The notes beneath the pieces were generated by a model. That model made no database searches and was not told where the DNA came from. It worked only from the letters and a program-made list of their open reading frames with translations. Position numbers and translations under genes: made by a program. A stretch of 64,000 nucleotides of DNA from Acidobacteriota bacterium (lineage in GTDB: Bacteria; Acidobacteriota; UBA890; WLXD01): NCBI GenBank assembly GCA_965248695.1, contig CBDFKD010000002.1, forward strand, positions 1,696,001 to 1,760,000, written 5' to 3'. Positions 9,900 to 19,243 of the stretch are shown here, in pieces (within the stretch, counting starts at the first letter, position 1; each line of letters begins with the position of its first letter).

Positions 9900-12164
9900 C
9901 TACCAGGTGTCGGCGCCGAACAACGGGTTGGCTTCCTGGTCGCCGAGCAAGTGACGGTCGAACCAGGCCTTGTAGCGCCGCATTCGATCGATGTCGTGCG
10001 ACGGGGGGCCACTCGGATCGGCGTTGTCCGGGTAAACGATCAATGCAGTTTCCGGCCCGCCATCGGCCATTCGCCGTCGCAGCCGGACGAACATGCCCTC
10101 GCTCAGCGACGCTGGCGCATGCCATCCGTTGTCATCGAGCATGAACAGGGTCGGCACCGCGATATCGCCGACTGAGAAGGCCGGCGCCATGCGTTCGCTC
10201 ACCGCACGAACGGCAGGCTCGTAGGGAAGCCCCTGCTCGCGCTCGCGCCAGCGCCGCAACTCGTCGGTACCGCAGCACGCGAAGCTGCCAGTCTCGGAAA
10301 CGCCGGAGATCGCGGCGGCGAAACGCTCGCTTCCGCTGATCAGATGGTTGGTCAGGATGCCGCCGTAGGATGAGCCGCCGATGCCGATCCGCTCGGGGTC
10401 GATCACACCCCGTTGTTGCAGGTGATCGACTCCCGCTAGCACGTCGTCGGAGTCCGGTCCTCCCCATTCGGCCCACACGCTCTGGGCGAATGCTTGACCG
10501 TATCCGGACGAGCCGCGCGGGTTCAAGAAAAGGAGCGCGTACCCCTGCGCCACGAGCCACTGGCGCTCCCAGGAGAACGCCCAAGTGAGCTGATCGGCCG
10601 GCGCACCGGGGAGGCGAACAACGAGCGGGTGACGAACGCCGTCAGCAGCATCCAGTGGCCGCATGAGCCAGCCCTCGATGACCGCGTCTTCGGCGCTCGA
10701 AAAGCGCAGCGGCTCGGGCTCGGCAAGCCGCATCGTTCGACGCCACCGCTGATTGACTTCCGTCAGGCGCACAAGATCGAACGTCGGCGGCAAGGCGGTC
10801 GGTTGCATGTGGGCATTCGGATCCCGCAGCGGAACGGCGGTCCGCTGAGCGTCCGTGGCGACCGCATAGATCTCCGGCGGCTCCGTTCCCCAGGACAGCT
10901 CGGCCAGTACCTGAGATCCGTCGGCGGTGAGCGCAAACGCGCCCACCACGCGCGGCCCGGCAATGATCGCCCCGGCAGTGCCCGCCGGAACAGCTGGTGC
11001 GCGCCGGCGGCGTCCGATACCGAGAAAGCCTCGACGACGCTCGCCGACACGTGTCAGACCGGTCGACACCTGCAGTAGCGGCACGGTCCCACGATCCTGG
11101 ATCGTCACGTATATCGTCGCCCGATCGGGGGACCAGACGGGCCCCGAGGCGAGCGATCGGTCGATCTCGGACGTCAACTCCTGCACCTCCCCGATCTGCA
11201 GCTCGGCAGGCGGCGGATCGTCGTCCTCGACCTGCGGCGGGTACAGAGAGATCATGCGCAGCCGGCTGCTGGCGTAGACCGGTGGATCGGCGGGAATAAA
11301 CCGATACGCCAGAAAGCGTGCGTCCGGCGACCAAGCAGGAGCGGCTTCCACTCCGCGGCTGCTGGTGAGCTGAACCAAGTCGCCACCATCCGGGCTGACC
11401 AACCAGATCTCTGAGCCGGCGGCGGACCGGTGTTCGCGGGCATGAACGTCCCCGCCGTCCGGGCCCTCCCCGGCGCGGTTCGAGATGAACGCGATCCAAC
11501 GGCCGTCCGGTGACCAGGCGGGCGACGCATCGTCCCAGGCGCCATCGGTAAGTCGCTGGGGTGGCGTCGGCGTCGACAACGGGTCCGGAACCTGGACCAC
11601 GAAGAGGTGGTATTGACGAGCGCCCAGGTATCCTCCGCCGTCGGCTCTCGATTGCAGCCTGGTTACGACCTTCGGCAGCCCACGCTCGTCTGCCACCGCC
11701 GGACCGCGACTCACCAGGACGATCCGGTCGCCGGTCGGACTCCAGGCGAGATCGGTGACCCCTCCCGGGAGGGTAGTTAGTTGCCAGGGCTCGCCACCGG
11801 TCGACGGCAGCAACCAGATCTGTGCATCACGCAAGTAGGCCAGCCAGGCGCCATCCGGCGACAAACGCGGATGAGACCCCCGACCGACCAGGCGACGCAT
11901 ACCGCTCCCGCTGGGACTCATCTCCCACAACGACGTGACCCGAGCGTCGGAGGCACGGTCGATGCCGGTGCGCGAGAACACGACGCGGCTGCCGTCGAGG
12001 CTGATGTCGATGTCCCCGGTACGCGCCAGATCGTAGTAGTCGGCGAGCTCGAGCAGCCGTAGTGCGGCGGGTTGCTGCTGGGTCGCGAAACCGAACGTCT
12101 CGACCGCCGGCGGCATCACCAGCAGGAGCAACAAGGTCAGACGAGACGCGCGCCGGCCGCACAT
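9900..12164 (-). CDS. Secreted S9 (acylaminoacyl peptidase/DPP-like) protein with degenerate catalytic triad
   Basis: Signal peptide, repeated PAWSPDG propeller blades, NPRGSSGYG, GGSSYGG nucleophile elbow. The Asp and His triad motifs are altered. Confidence 0.85.
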   Translation of the reverse strand: MCGRRASRLTLLLLLVMPPAVETFGFATQQQPAALRLLELADYYDLARTGDIDISLDGSRVVFSRTGIDRASDARVTSLWEMSPSGSGMRRLVGRGSHPRLSPDGAWLAYLRDAQIWLLPSTGGEPWQLTTLPGGVTDLAWSPTGDRIVLVSRGPAVADERGLPKVVTRLQSRADGGGYLGARQYHLFVVQVPDPLSTPTPPQRLTDGAWDDASPAWSPDGRWIAFISNRAGEGPDGGDVHAREHRSAAGSEIWLVSPDGGDLVQLTSSRGVEAAPAWSPDARFLAYRFIPADPPVYASSRLRMISLYPPQVEDDDPPPAELQIGEVQELTSEIDRSLASGPVWSPDRATIYVTIQDRGTVPLLQVSTGLTRVGERRRGFLGIGRRRRAPAVPAGTAGAIIAGPRVVGAFALTADGSQVLAELSWGTEPPEIYAVATDAQRTAVPLRDPNAHMQPTALPPTFDLVRLTEVNQRWRRTMRLAEPEPLRFSSAEDAVIEGWLMRPLDAADGVRHPLVVRLPGAPADQLTWAFSWERQWLVAQGYALLFLNPRGSSGYGQAFAQSVWAEWGGPDSDDVLAGVDHLQQRGVIDPERIGIGGSSYGGILTNHLISGSERFAAAISGVSETGSFACCGTDELRRWREREQGLPYEPAVRAVSERMAPAFSVGDIAVPTLFMLDDNGWHAPASLSEGMFVRLRRRMADGGPETALIVYPDNADPSGPPSHDIDRMRRYKAWFDRHLLGDQEANPLFGADTW

Positions 12165-12241
12165 GAGGGGCCTCCATCAGATTGTTCGATTCGGGGAGGC
12201 TGAGTTTGCCGTGCTCGTAGCGGCTCGTCCATCCTATCGGT

Positions 12242-12955
12242 ATGCCCTTCGAACTCCAGCGCGTCGACGCTGTTTTCTTCGATCTCGACGATACCCTGGC
12301 CGATACGTTCGGCACCCTGGTCGGCCCGGCCCTATATCGGGCGGCCGAGCAGATGGTCGCCGGCGGACTCGACACCGACGCCGAAACAGCAGCAGAGTTC
12401 ATGCACCGCTTGGCGGATCGGGGCGAGGGGGCCGACTACTTCGCCAGCGCGCTGGACCGGTTCGGCTCGACGTCCGGGAACGAGTCCGCGATCGCGGCGA
12501 TCGGCCAGCGAACATACTTCACGACCGATGTAGCGGCGATACAGCTGTTGCCCGGCGGACGGCGGCTACTGGAAGCTCTCACGACGCGGCACACGTTGTT
12601 CCTGGTTACCGCGGGCGACCCACGGACGCAGCGACAAAAACTCGAACGACTGGCGATCGCCGACCTGTTCCGCGACATGCGGCTGGTTTCAACCATCGCT
12701 GGCGAACGCAAGCGTGATGCGTTTGCAGAACTGGTTGCGCACCACGCGCTCGCACCGCAGCATTGCATCTGCGTCGGCGACCGTCTGGTCGGCGAGATCC
12801 GCGACGGCAACGAGCTCGGGATGACCACGATCTGGGTGCGGCGTGGCGAGTTTCGCCACCTGCAGCCGCTGACAGACAACGACCGGCCGACTCACACCGT
12901 CGCGAACCTCGACGAGCTTGCGACCCTACTCGGCGTGGAACAGGCGATCATCTGA
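12242..12955 (+). CDS. HAD-superfamily hydrolase
   Basis: FFDLDDTL motif I, LVT motif II, K, VGDRxxxE motif IV. Confidence 0.88.
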   Translation: MPFELQRVDAVFFDLDDTLADTFGTLVGPALYRAAEQMVAGGLDTDAETAAEFMHRLADRGEGADYFASALDRFGSTSGNESAIAAIGQRTYFTTDVAAIQLLPGGRRLLEALTTRHTLFLVTAGDPRTQRQKLERLAIADLFRDMRLVSTIAGERKRDAFAELVAHHALAPQHCICVGDRLVGEIRDGNELGMTTIWVRRGEFRHLQPLTDNDRPTHTVANLDELATLLGVEQAII

Positions 12956-13326
12956 TGTCCGAGATGCTGGAGCCAGTCAGCAGACGAACGTACGCGCGCA
13001 TCGAACAGCTCGTGCGAGAGGACGTGGTGTGCGGTCAGACGATCCGCTTCTGCCCCTGCCGGTTGCTACCGGAGACAGTGCTGAATCTCAAGGGAGTGAT
13101 CGTCGAGATCCACCGGCTCTGGATCGAGAGCCTGGGTCGGGCCGCCTGGGACGAGCTGCAGTCGCACCCGGACGGTCGTCGGTTCTTCGGCGGGCAGGTA
13201 CAGCTCGTCGATGTCCAGGAGGGCCGCCCGCAGATGGTGGCCGTCTGGCTGCGACTGCCCGCCGACTACCCGCGCCGCTTCAAAGTGCAGCTGGTCGACA
13301 CGATAGAGCCCTGGGAGCTTCCCTAG
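12955..13326 (+). CDS. Hypothetical protein (123 aa)
   Basis: ATG overlaps the HAD stop (TGATG), protein-like composition. Confidence 0.65.
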   Translation: MSEMLEPVSRRTYARIEQLVREDVVCGQTIRFCPCRLLPETVLNLKGVIVEIHRLWIESLGRAAWDELQSHPDGRRFFGGQVQLVDVQEGRPQMVAVWLRLPADYPRRFKVQLVDTIEPWELP

Positions 13327-13545
13327 CAGGCCGTAGTGAAAGTGTGGCGGGCCTGGCGACAGGGTCTTGCGAGGTGGAGGCAAGGAGAGAGGAGGAGGCG
13401 ATGGCTACCCCATCGTTGACGACGAACGACGCAGTATACGCGCGCAACCCCCTGTCGCCCAAAGGGTTGCGGCGATGTTTCGTTAGCCGCCGCCGCCGAG
13501 ACGGGATAGGCTCAACGGCGAGGAGGCGTACGCCAATGGTGTACC
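13323..13545. repeat. Intergenic repeat / MITE-like element, copy 1
   Basis: CTAGCAGGCCGTAGTGAAAGTGTGGCGGGCCTGG matches 18779-18812 at 30/34 positions. Two GAGGAGGC-led hairpins (CGATGG/CCATCG; GTACGCCA/TGGTGTAC). Confidence 0.55.
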
Positions 13546-13603
13546 AGCACAGGTCGGTCCGGACCGTCGCAGGGCTACCGAGCCCGCCGCCGGAGCCCTG
13601 CAC

Positions 13604-15103
13604 GTGAATCGGTCCGTCGGGCAAACACGCCGAACCAAGATCGTCTGCACGATCGGTCCGGCAACGCAGGACCCAGACCAGCTGGCGGCGCTGGTCGACG
13701 CCGGCATGGATGTGGCCCGGCTGAACTTGTCGCACGGCGAGCCGGAATGGCATCGTCGGACGATCGAGCTGGTCCGACGCATCTCGGCGGAGCGCAAGCG
13801 TCCCGTCGGCGTCATGCTGGATGTTCCCGGTCCCAAGCTCCGGATCGGAAAGATTCCCAACGGACCCGTCTTTCTGGACAGCGGCTCGGTGATACGCCTG
13901 GTGCCTGGCGACGCACCCGGCGACGCCGGCGAGATCTCGGTGAACTACGCGCCGCTGGCAGACGAGGTCGAGCCGGCCGATCGGATCTTCGTCGGCGACG
14001 GAGATGTCGAGCTCCAGGTGGAGTCGATCGAACGACACGCGGTCAGCTGCCGTGTGATCTCCGGCGGACCGGTGTCCAGCCACAAGGGCATGAACTTCCC
14101 TACCAGAACCCTGTCGATACCCACCATCACACCGGCGGACCGAGCCGCGATTCAGCTCGGTGTGGAGGCCGGGGTCGATTTCGTGGCGCTTTCGTTCGTC
14201 CGCACGGCGGAGGATATCGACCCGGCGCGAGGCGTCATTCTCGAGTGCGGCGGCAACCTGCCGGTGATCGCCAAGATCGAGAAGCATGAGGCCATGCAGC
14301 ACCTGGAGGAGATCATCGAGGGGTCCGACGGTCTGCTGGTGGCGCGCGGCGATCTGGCGCTGGAGATACCGCTCGAGGAGGTACCCCGGGCCCAGAAGCG
14401 CATCATTCGCAGCGCCAATGCGGCCGGGAAGCCGGTGATCACGGCAACGCAGATGCTGCGATCGATGGTCACCGCCAGCAGGCCCACCCGCGCCGAAGCC
14501 ACCGATGTGGCGAACGCGCTCTATGACGGGACCGACGCCGTGATGCTGTCGGAGGAGACCGCGGTGGGCTCCAATCCGGTAGGTGCGGTGAACATCATGC
14601 GCCGCATCTGCATGGCAACAGAGCGCGACATGGAGCGGCACGCGCTCGACAGGAGTCTGCCGACAGAGCGTCGCGACTCGGTCCCCGATGTGGTTGCGGC
14701 GGCTGCGGGGCTGGTGGCTCGGCTCCTCGACGTGGCTGCGATCCTCGTACCAACGAGGACCGGCGGCACAGCGATCAAGATGTCCGAATTCCGGCCGCGA
14801 CAGCCGATCCTCGCCATCAGCACGCATCCGGCAACGGTTGGCAGGCTGACGCTCACATGGGGTGTGATCCCGCTGCTGGGCAACGAAGTACCGACCCATG
14901 AGGCCATGCTCGCCGAGGCAGAAGCGACGGCTCTCGATGAAGGCCTGTTGCAGGAGGGCGACCTGGTAGTCATCACCGCCGGGTTCCCCGTCGGCGGCCC
15001 GGGATCCACCAACACCGTCACGGTAAAGGCCATCGGCGAGGAACTAGCAGTGGGCGGATGGGATGATCAGCCGGCACTCTTCGCGGACCCCTGCGATGCC
15101 TGA
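13604..15103 (+). CDS. pyk: Pyruvate kinase
   Basis: RRTKIVCTIGPA, ARLNLSHG, IAKIE, VARGDL, VITATQML, PTRAEATDVANA, DAVMLSEETA. Confidence 0.97.
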   Translation: MNRSVGQTRRTKIVCTIGPATQDPDQLAALVDAGMDVARLNLSHGEPEWHRRTIELVRRISAERKRPVGVMLDVPGPKLRIGKIPNGPVFLDSGSVIRLVPGDAPGDAGEISVNYAPLADEVEPADRIFVGDGDVELQVESIERHAVSCRVISGGPVSSHKGMNFPTRTLSIPTITPADRAAIQLGVEAGVDFVALSFVRTAEDIDPARGVILECGGNLPVIAKIEKHEAMQHLEEIIEGSDGLLVARGDLALEIPLEEVPRAQKRIIRSANAAGKPVITATQMLRSMVTASRPTRAEATDVANALYDGTDAVMLSEETAVGSNPVGAVNIMRRICMATERDMERHALDRSLPTERRDSVPDVVAAAAGLVARLLDVAAILVPTRTGGTAIKMSEFRPRQPILAISTHPATVGRLTLTWGVIPLLGNEVPTHEAMLAEAEATALDEGLLQEGDLVVITAGFPVGGPGSTNTVTVKAIGEELAVGGWDDQPALFADPCDA

Positions 15104-15117
15104 GCAAGGACGCGACG

Positions 15118-15777
15118 ATGTCGACTGAGTCGATCGAGGACTACATCAAGGCGATTTTTCAGCTCGGCAGCCCTGATGGTCCGGTGCAGACGTCAGCGAT
15201 CGCCGAGCGGCTCGAGGTGCGTCCGGCCTCGGTGAGCAACATGTTGCGACGTCTGTCAAAGCTCGAACTGGTCGAGCACGAGCCCTATCGTGGCGTGATC
15301 CTGACCGACGACGGGGAGCGTCTCGCACGGCGAATGATCCGGCGGCATCGGCTGATCGAGCGGTTCCTGAGCGAGTATTTGGAGTACCCGTGGGACGAGG
15401 TGCACGCCGAGGCGGAACGTCTCGAGCACGCCGTGAGTCAGCGGTTCGTTGCCGCCCTCGACCGCCTGCTTCAGAATCCGGGCACGGACCCTCATGGAGA
15501 TCCGATCCCGGCAAGCGACGGCTCGATGGCGGAGTCCGAATACCCGCCACTGTCGGAGCTGAAAGTTGGTGAGGAGGCGACCGTGCGGCGCGTGACCGAT
15601 ACCGACGCGGACCTCCTGCGCTACCTCGGCGAGCTCGGGATCCGGCCAGATGTCGACCTGCAGCTGGTCGAGCGCGGCGCCCGAGGAGACACCATCACCG
15701 TGCGGATTGGCGACCGACTCTGCCACCTGGGCCAAGCGGCCACAGGCGGCGTATTCGTGGAACGGGTCTCGGGATAG
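15118..15777 (+). CDS. DtxR/MntR family metal-dependent repressor with FeoA-like domain
   Basis: EDYIKAI, RRHRLIERFL, EAERLEH, DPHGDPIP, C-terminal SH3-like domain. Confidence 0.92.
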   Translation: MSTESIEDYIKAIFQLGSPDGPVQTSAIAERLEVRPASVSNMLRRLSKLELVEHEPYRGVILTDDGERLARRMIRRHRLIERFLSEYLEYPWDEVHAEAERLEHAVSQRFVAALDRLLQNPGTDPHGDPIPASDGSMAESEYPPLSELKVGEEATVRRVTDTDADLLRYLGELGIRPDVDLQLVERGARGDTITVRIGDRLCHLGQAATGGVFVERVSG

Positions 15778-15833
15778 ACTCTCCGCAACGAGGTTCTGTT
15801 CGAGCACCCCAACGAGCAACAAGGTCTTCTCAG

Positions 15834-16229
15834 ATGCCCGTCTTGCGACAGATCAGCGTATTCCTGGAGAACGTTCCCGGCCGTCTGGCAACCCTGTGCA
15901 ATACCCTGGAGTCGAACGGCATCGACCTGCGGGCAATGACGACCTCGGAAGGGAGCGACTACGGCGTCGTGCGGATGCTGGTAGACGATGTCGATGCTGC
16001 CGAGGAGGTCCTACGGGCCGCAGACCTACCGTTCTCAACCGTTGAAGTGCTGGCGCTGGAGGTGTCCGACGAGCCCGGCGCGCTGGGAAAAGTCGCGGTA
16101 CGGCTAGCGGAGACCGGCATCAACGTGGAGTACGCATACGCCACCGCCGTGTCCGGAATGTCTCGCGCACTCTGCGTGTTCAAGGTGGCGGATCCACAGG
16201 GCGCCGCGGCGGCACTCGACCAGGACTAG
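15834..16229 (+). CDS. Tandem ACT-domain protein
   Basis: QISVFLENxPGRL and DEPGAL...GINVEYAY. Confidence 0.88.
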   Translation: MPVLRQISVFLENVPGRLATLCNTLESNGIDLRAMTTSEGSDYGVVRMLVDDVDAAEEVLRAADLPFSTVEVLALEVSDEPGALGKVAVRLAETGINVEYAYATAVSGMSRALCVFKVADPQGAAAALDQD

Positions 16230-16253
16230 CGTCCTGTAGCAGAGGTTTCAGAC

Positions 16254-16679
16254 TTGGTACCGCACACCGTGGTTGTCGACTTCGCGGTGGCGCTGCTCGC
16301 CACGTCGGTTGTGTGCGACTTGCTGGCGAGCACCGTAGACGAGAAGGAGCTGCGCATCGTCGCCTCCTGGACGCTGATCTTCGGAGCGGTGGCGGCAGTG
16401 TTCGCAGTGCTCTCGGGCTACGCGGCGCACAGCGCCGCTTCGCCCACGGGCGCCGCCGATGCCGCCGTGATCCGCCACCGGCTGGCGGGCTGGATCGTGC
16501 TTTCGACCTTCGTCCCGCTCGCCGGCTGGCGACTCATGTCCCGAGGACAGCTTCCCGTTCGTGGCGCCAGCTTGTATTGGCTGCTGGCTCTGATCGGCGC
16601 CGGCGCACTGGCGATCACCGCCTACCTGGGCGGCAACGCGGTGTTCAGTCACGGCGTCGGAGTGACCCTGGCTAGCTAA
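16254..16679 (+). CDS. Four-helix membrane protein (DUF2231-like)
   Basis: PHxxxVxF, SG, H, AYLGGxxVFxHGVGV pattern. Start uncertain. Confidence 0.7.
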   Translation: MVPHTVVVDFAVALLATSVVCDLLASTVDEKELRIVASWTLIFGAVAAVFAVLSGYAAHSAASPTGAADAAVIRHRLAGWIVLSTFVPLAGWRLMSRGQLPVRGASLYWLLALIGAGALAITAYLGGNAVFSHGVGVTLAS

Positions 16680-16797
16680 CTCGCACCCGACAGTGCCCCC
16701 CGACTTCCGTGCGCCGGCCAACGCTGAGCGGTCCAAAGGGGTGCGGTGATGGGCACGAGGTTTCTCAGGTTGCTACAATCTCGTGCGGAGGAAGGCG

Positions 16798-17178
16798 ATG
16801 CGCTTCACGGAATCTGAGATTGCGATGGCCGCCCGTCTGCGTGGTGCCGGCCTTCAATGGGATCCACAGCCGGGTCATTACATCTTCGACATTGACGGCG
16901 TCATGAAAGCTGGATCGCCATTCCAGGCCAGCGTGTACCTGATCACCAGCCCGAATCAGACGGCCGCTGAGGCCGGCGGTGAAGAGGCGCTGGCGACCGG
17001 GTTTTCGTGGCTCCCGACGTGGGAGGACGCGCGCGCCTGGCTCGTCGACCGTGGAGTCACCCCTGCACAGCTGGCCGACGCGCTTAGAGGCGGGTTGGAG
17101 GATGGTCTCAGCGACCGAGAGTCGCTGTATACGCTGATCATCGAGCACCTCGAGAAGGACGCGCAGGGAAGCCCATAA
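16798..17178 (+). CDS. Hypothetical protein (WLPTWED motif)
   Basis: GGAGG RBS before ATG 16798. Stop overlaps the next start. Confidence 0.7.
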   Translation: MRFTESEIAMAARLRGAGLQWDPQPGHYIFDIDGVMKAGSPFQASVYLITSPNQTAAEAGGEEALATGFSWLPTWEDARAWLVDRGVTPAQLADALRGGLEDGLSDRESLYTLIIEHLEKDAQGSP

Positions 17179-18104
17179 TGTCCGTGAAACGTATCGGGGC
17201 GCTCCGCCTCCTAATCATCGTCTGCGCCGCGCTGGTGTCTGCCTGCAACCAGACGCCGACGGAGATCACCGCGCTCCCGCGCGCTGTGGGCGAGATCCAG
17301 GCGATGCTGGTAGATGTGTCCTCGCTGCAGCCACTGGACCCGGCGAGCGAGGGTATCTACTACCTCTGGGCACTCCTCGAACGCAACGAGTCACGCAGTC
17401 TGGGAGCGTTCAACGTCGGGGCTGGCGGTCAGATAGTCGACACGACGGGGGCTGCGAAGCGCGAATTCAGCTCGGACCAATTCTCCATGCGCAAGACGCT
17501 GGGAATTCTCATTACGGTCGAATCCGACGCCGTGGCGCCGGAGTCGCCCAGTGGCATGCAGATCCTCTCCGGCACGTTCATCGAGGGAGTAGCGCGGCTC
17601 TCCGTACCGATCTCGACGGCGATCACGAGCTCCAACGGCGCCGTACGCATCTTCACTCCGACGGACGGACCGAACACGAACGAGACTTCAGGATTCTGGA
17701 TGGTCGATGGCAACGGTGATCCCCTGGTCAACGTTCCGGACACCACTGCCGCTCTCGTCTACGAGACATTCGTCGAGATCAACGGTCAATCCGTGAACGT
17801 CGGACGGTTCGATCGCCCCGACCAGAGCGACGATTTCTGCCGCTTCTGCGCTGACTTGGATCCGGCGCCCGACCGCCCGGGCGACGACCTACTGGTCAAC
17901 CCGCCCGACGGTCTGGCTTTCCCTGCCGACCTTTCGGGTGCACGCATCAGCGTGAGCCTCGAGGGCAGGTCGAACGACTTCGTAAGCCAGTCACAGTTGA
18001 TCGTGCTGGAGGGATTCGTTCCGATCGGTGTCACACCGGAGACAATTGTCTCCCTGATCAATCGCGCCGACTCCTTCCCGTCCGGCCAAGCCGTCCTTTT
18101 CTAG
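17178..18104 (+). CDS. Putative lipoprotein
   Basis: Lipobox LVSA-C after a hydrophobic stretch. Beta-rich acidic body with one CxxC. Confidence 0.75.
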   Translation: MSVKRIGALRLLIIVCAALVSACNQTPTEITALPRAVGEIQAMLVDVSSLQPLDPASEGIYYLWALLERNESRSLGAFNVGAGGQIVDTTGAAKREFSSDQFSMRKTLGILITVESDAVAPESPSGMQILSGTFIEGVARLSVPISTAITSSNGAVRIFTPTDGPNTNETSGFWMVDGNGDPLVNVPDTTAALVYETFVEINGQSVNVGRFDRPDQSDDFCRFCADLDPAPDRPGDDLLVNPPDGLAFPADLSGARISVSLEGRSNDFVSQSQLIVLEGFVPIGVTPETIVSLINRADSFPSGQAVLF

Positions 18105-18113
18105 GAGCTCCGC

Positions 18114-18782
18114 GTGAACCAGCCCGTGCTTCGTGCAGTCTTGCTCCTGGCAGCGGTGGCGCTCACACCGGACCTGGCGCACGCTGCGACGCGATCCGAC
18201 GACGAGAACGAGCGCAGCGCGGCAGGCACGGTTGGCGCGTTCGACCTTCAGCAGACCATTCGACGCGACGACCGACCGCCTTCCGATCCCGTCGGTGGCT
18301 TCCAGATCAGCGTCATGGGCGGAGTGCAGATGCGCGGCTCGGCATCCGGGCAAGCCGGTCTGGCTCTCAGCTACTTCAAACGCTCTACCGGCAACGTCGG
18401 CATCGAGCTCGAAGGCGGCATCACGCGAGGCCCGAACGGCCAGATCAACCATGGCCTGCTGAGTTTCATCTTCCAGTCCGGCGGTCGGGCGAGCAAGCTG
18501 GCCCCGTACCTATCGGTGGGCGCTGGCATCTACCACGCCAACGAGCACTTACGTGACGGCGTGGCGGCGGCGCTACCGACGTTCGGCATCCAGCCCGAGG
18601 AAGGGCTCGAAACAGGGGCGCTTGTCGCCTTCGGATTAGGGTTTCGCTTCTATCTGTCGGAGGGCGTCTCTTTCCGCGCCGACTATCGGGAGATGCGCGC
18701 CATCACGACCGGCAGCGGCGGTCTGTTCGACCGCCTGTTCTCGCTGCGCCGGATCGGTGGCTTTCTGTCATTCCATCTCTAG
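18114..18782 (+). CDS. Outer-membrane beta-barrel protein (OmpA-like, ~8 strands)
   Basis: Signal peptide, PYLSVGAG, FGLGFRFY, FRADYR, amphipathic terminal strand. Confidence 0.78.
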   Translation: MNQPVLRAVLLLAAVALTPDLAHAATRSDDENERSAAGTVGAFDLQQTIRRDDRPPSDPVGGFQISVMGGVQMRGSASGQAGLALSYFKRSTGNVGIELEGGITRGPNGQINHGLLSFIFQSGGRASKLAPYLSVGAGIYHANEHLRDGVAAALPTFGIQPEEGLETGALVAFGLGFRFYLSEGVSFRADYREMRAITTGSGGLFDRLFSLRRIGGFLSFHL

Positions 18783-18845
18783 CAGGCCGTGGTGGAAGTG
18801 TGGTGGGTCTGGTTACGACGAGTTGGGGCCAGATACAAGGCAGCC
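18779..18845. repeat. Intergenic repeat, copy 2 (shorter)
   Basis: CTAGCAGGCCGTGGTGGAAGTGTGGTGGGTCTGG, near-identical to 13323-13356. Both copies begin at a TAG stop within CTAG. Confidence 0.55.
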
Positions 18846-18849
18846 TGAC

Positions 18850-19037
18850 GCAGGTGATGCCCTAGCATGCTAGCGACGGCGATCTCGCCGAGCAGAGAAT
18901 CCGCCCTCAACAGAGAATCCGCCGGACACCTGCCGGGCTAGCTCACCGGGTTCAGAGCGAGGGTCCCCTGTTTCCCCTTCCGTCCGACGTTGTCCCGGTT
19001 CCGCGAGCCAGCCCGACTGATGCCCGGCGGCCTCTTG
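18850..19037 (-). ncRNA. Candidate sigma-54-dependent small RNA
   Basis: Lies downstream of a -24/-12 promoter with no convincing ORF plus RBS. Eight GGA triplets, a 13-bp direct repeat and several hairpins. Boundaries approximate. Confidence 0.35.
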
Positions 19038-19048
19038 CCCTCCTACAG

Positions 19049-19065
19049 AGCAAGGAGGATGCCAA
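19049..19065 (-). promoter_or_regulatory. Sigma-54 promoter (-24/-12)
   Basis: Minus strand TTGGCATCCTCCTTGCT (GG-N10-GC), ~180 bp downstream of a sigma-54 activator gene. Confidence 0.75.
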
Positions 19066-19243
19066 ACCGCCGTCCGCCAGACCAAAGAGACCGCTCCAGG
19101 CTGCGCGAGCTCCGCAAAGTCCCTTGTTGTCAGCAAGTTCTGCGGCCGGCTCTGAAATCCAAGAGGTCCGGCAGGGCCGGGCGCGGACGAGCACACCGAC
19201 CGGCGTACTTCAGGATCGACCGTGGACCGACGACGAGCCGTGG

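Noticed and set aside
13401-13607. 68-aa ORF with strong apparent RBS before pyk
   Set aside because: The RBS-like purine run and ATG lie within the repeat hairpin, and the product looks non-protein-like.
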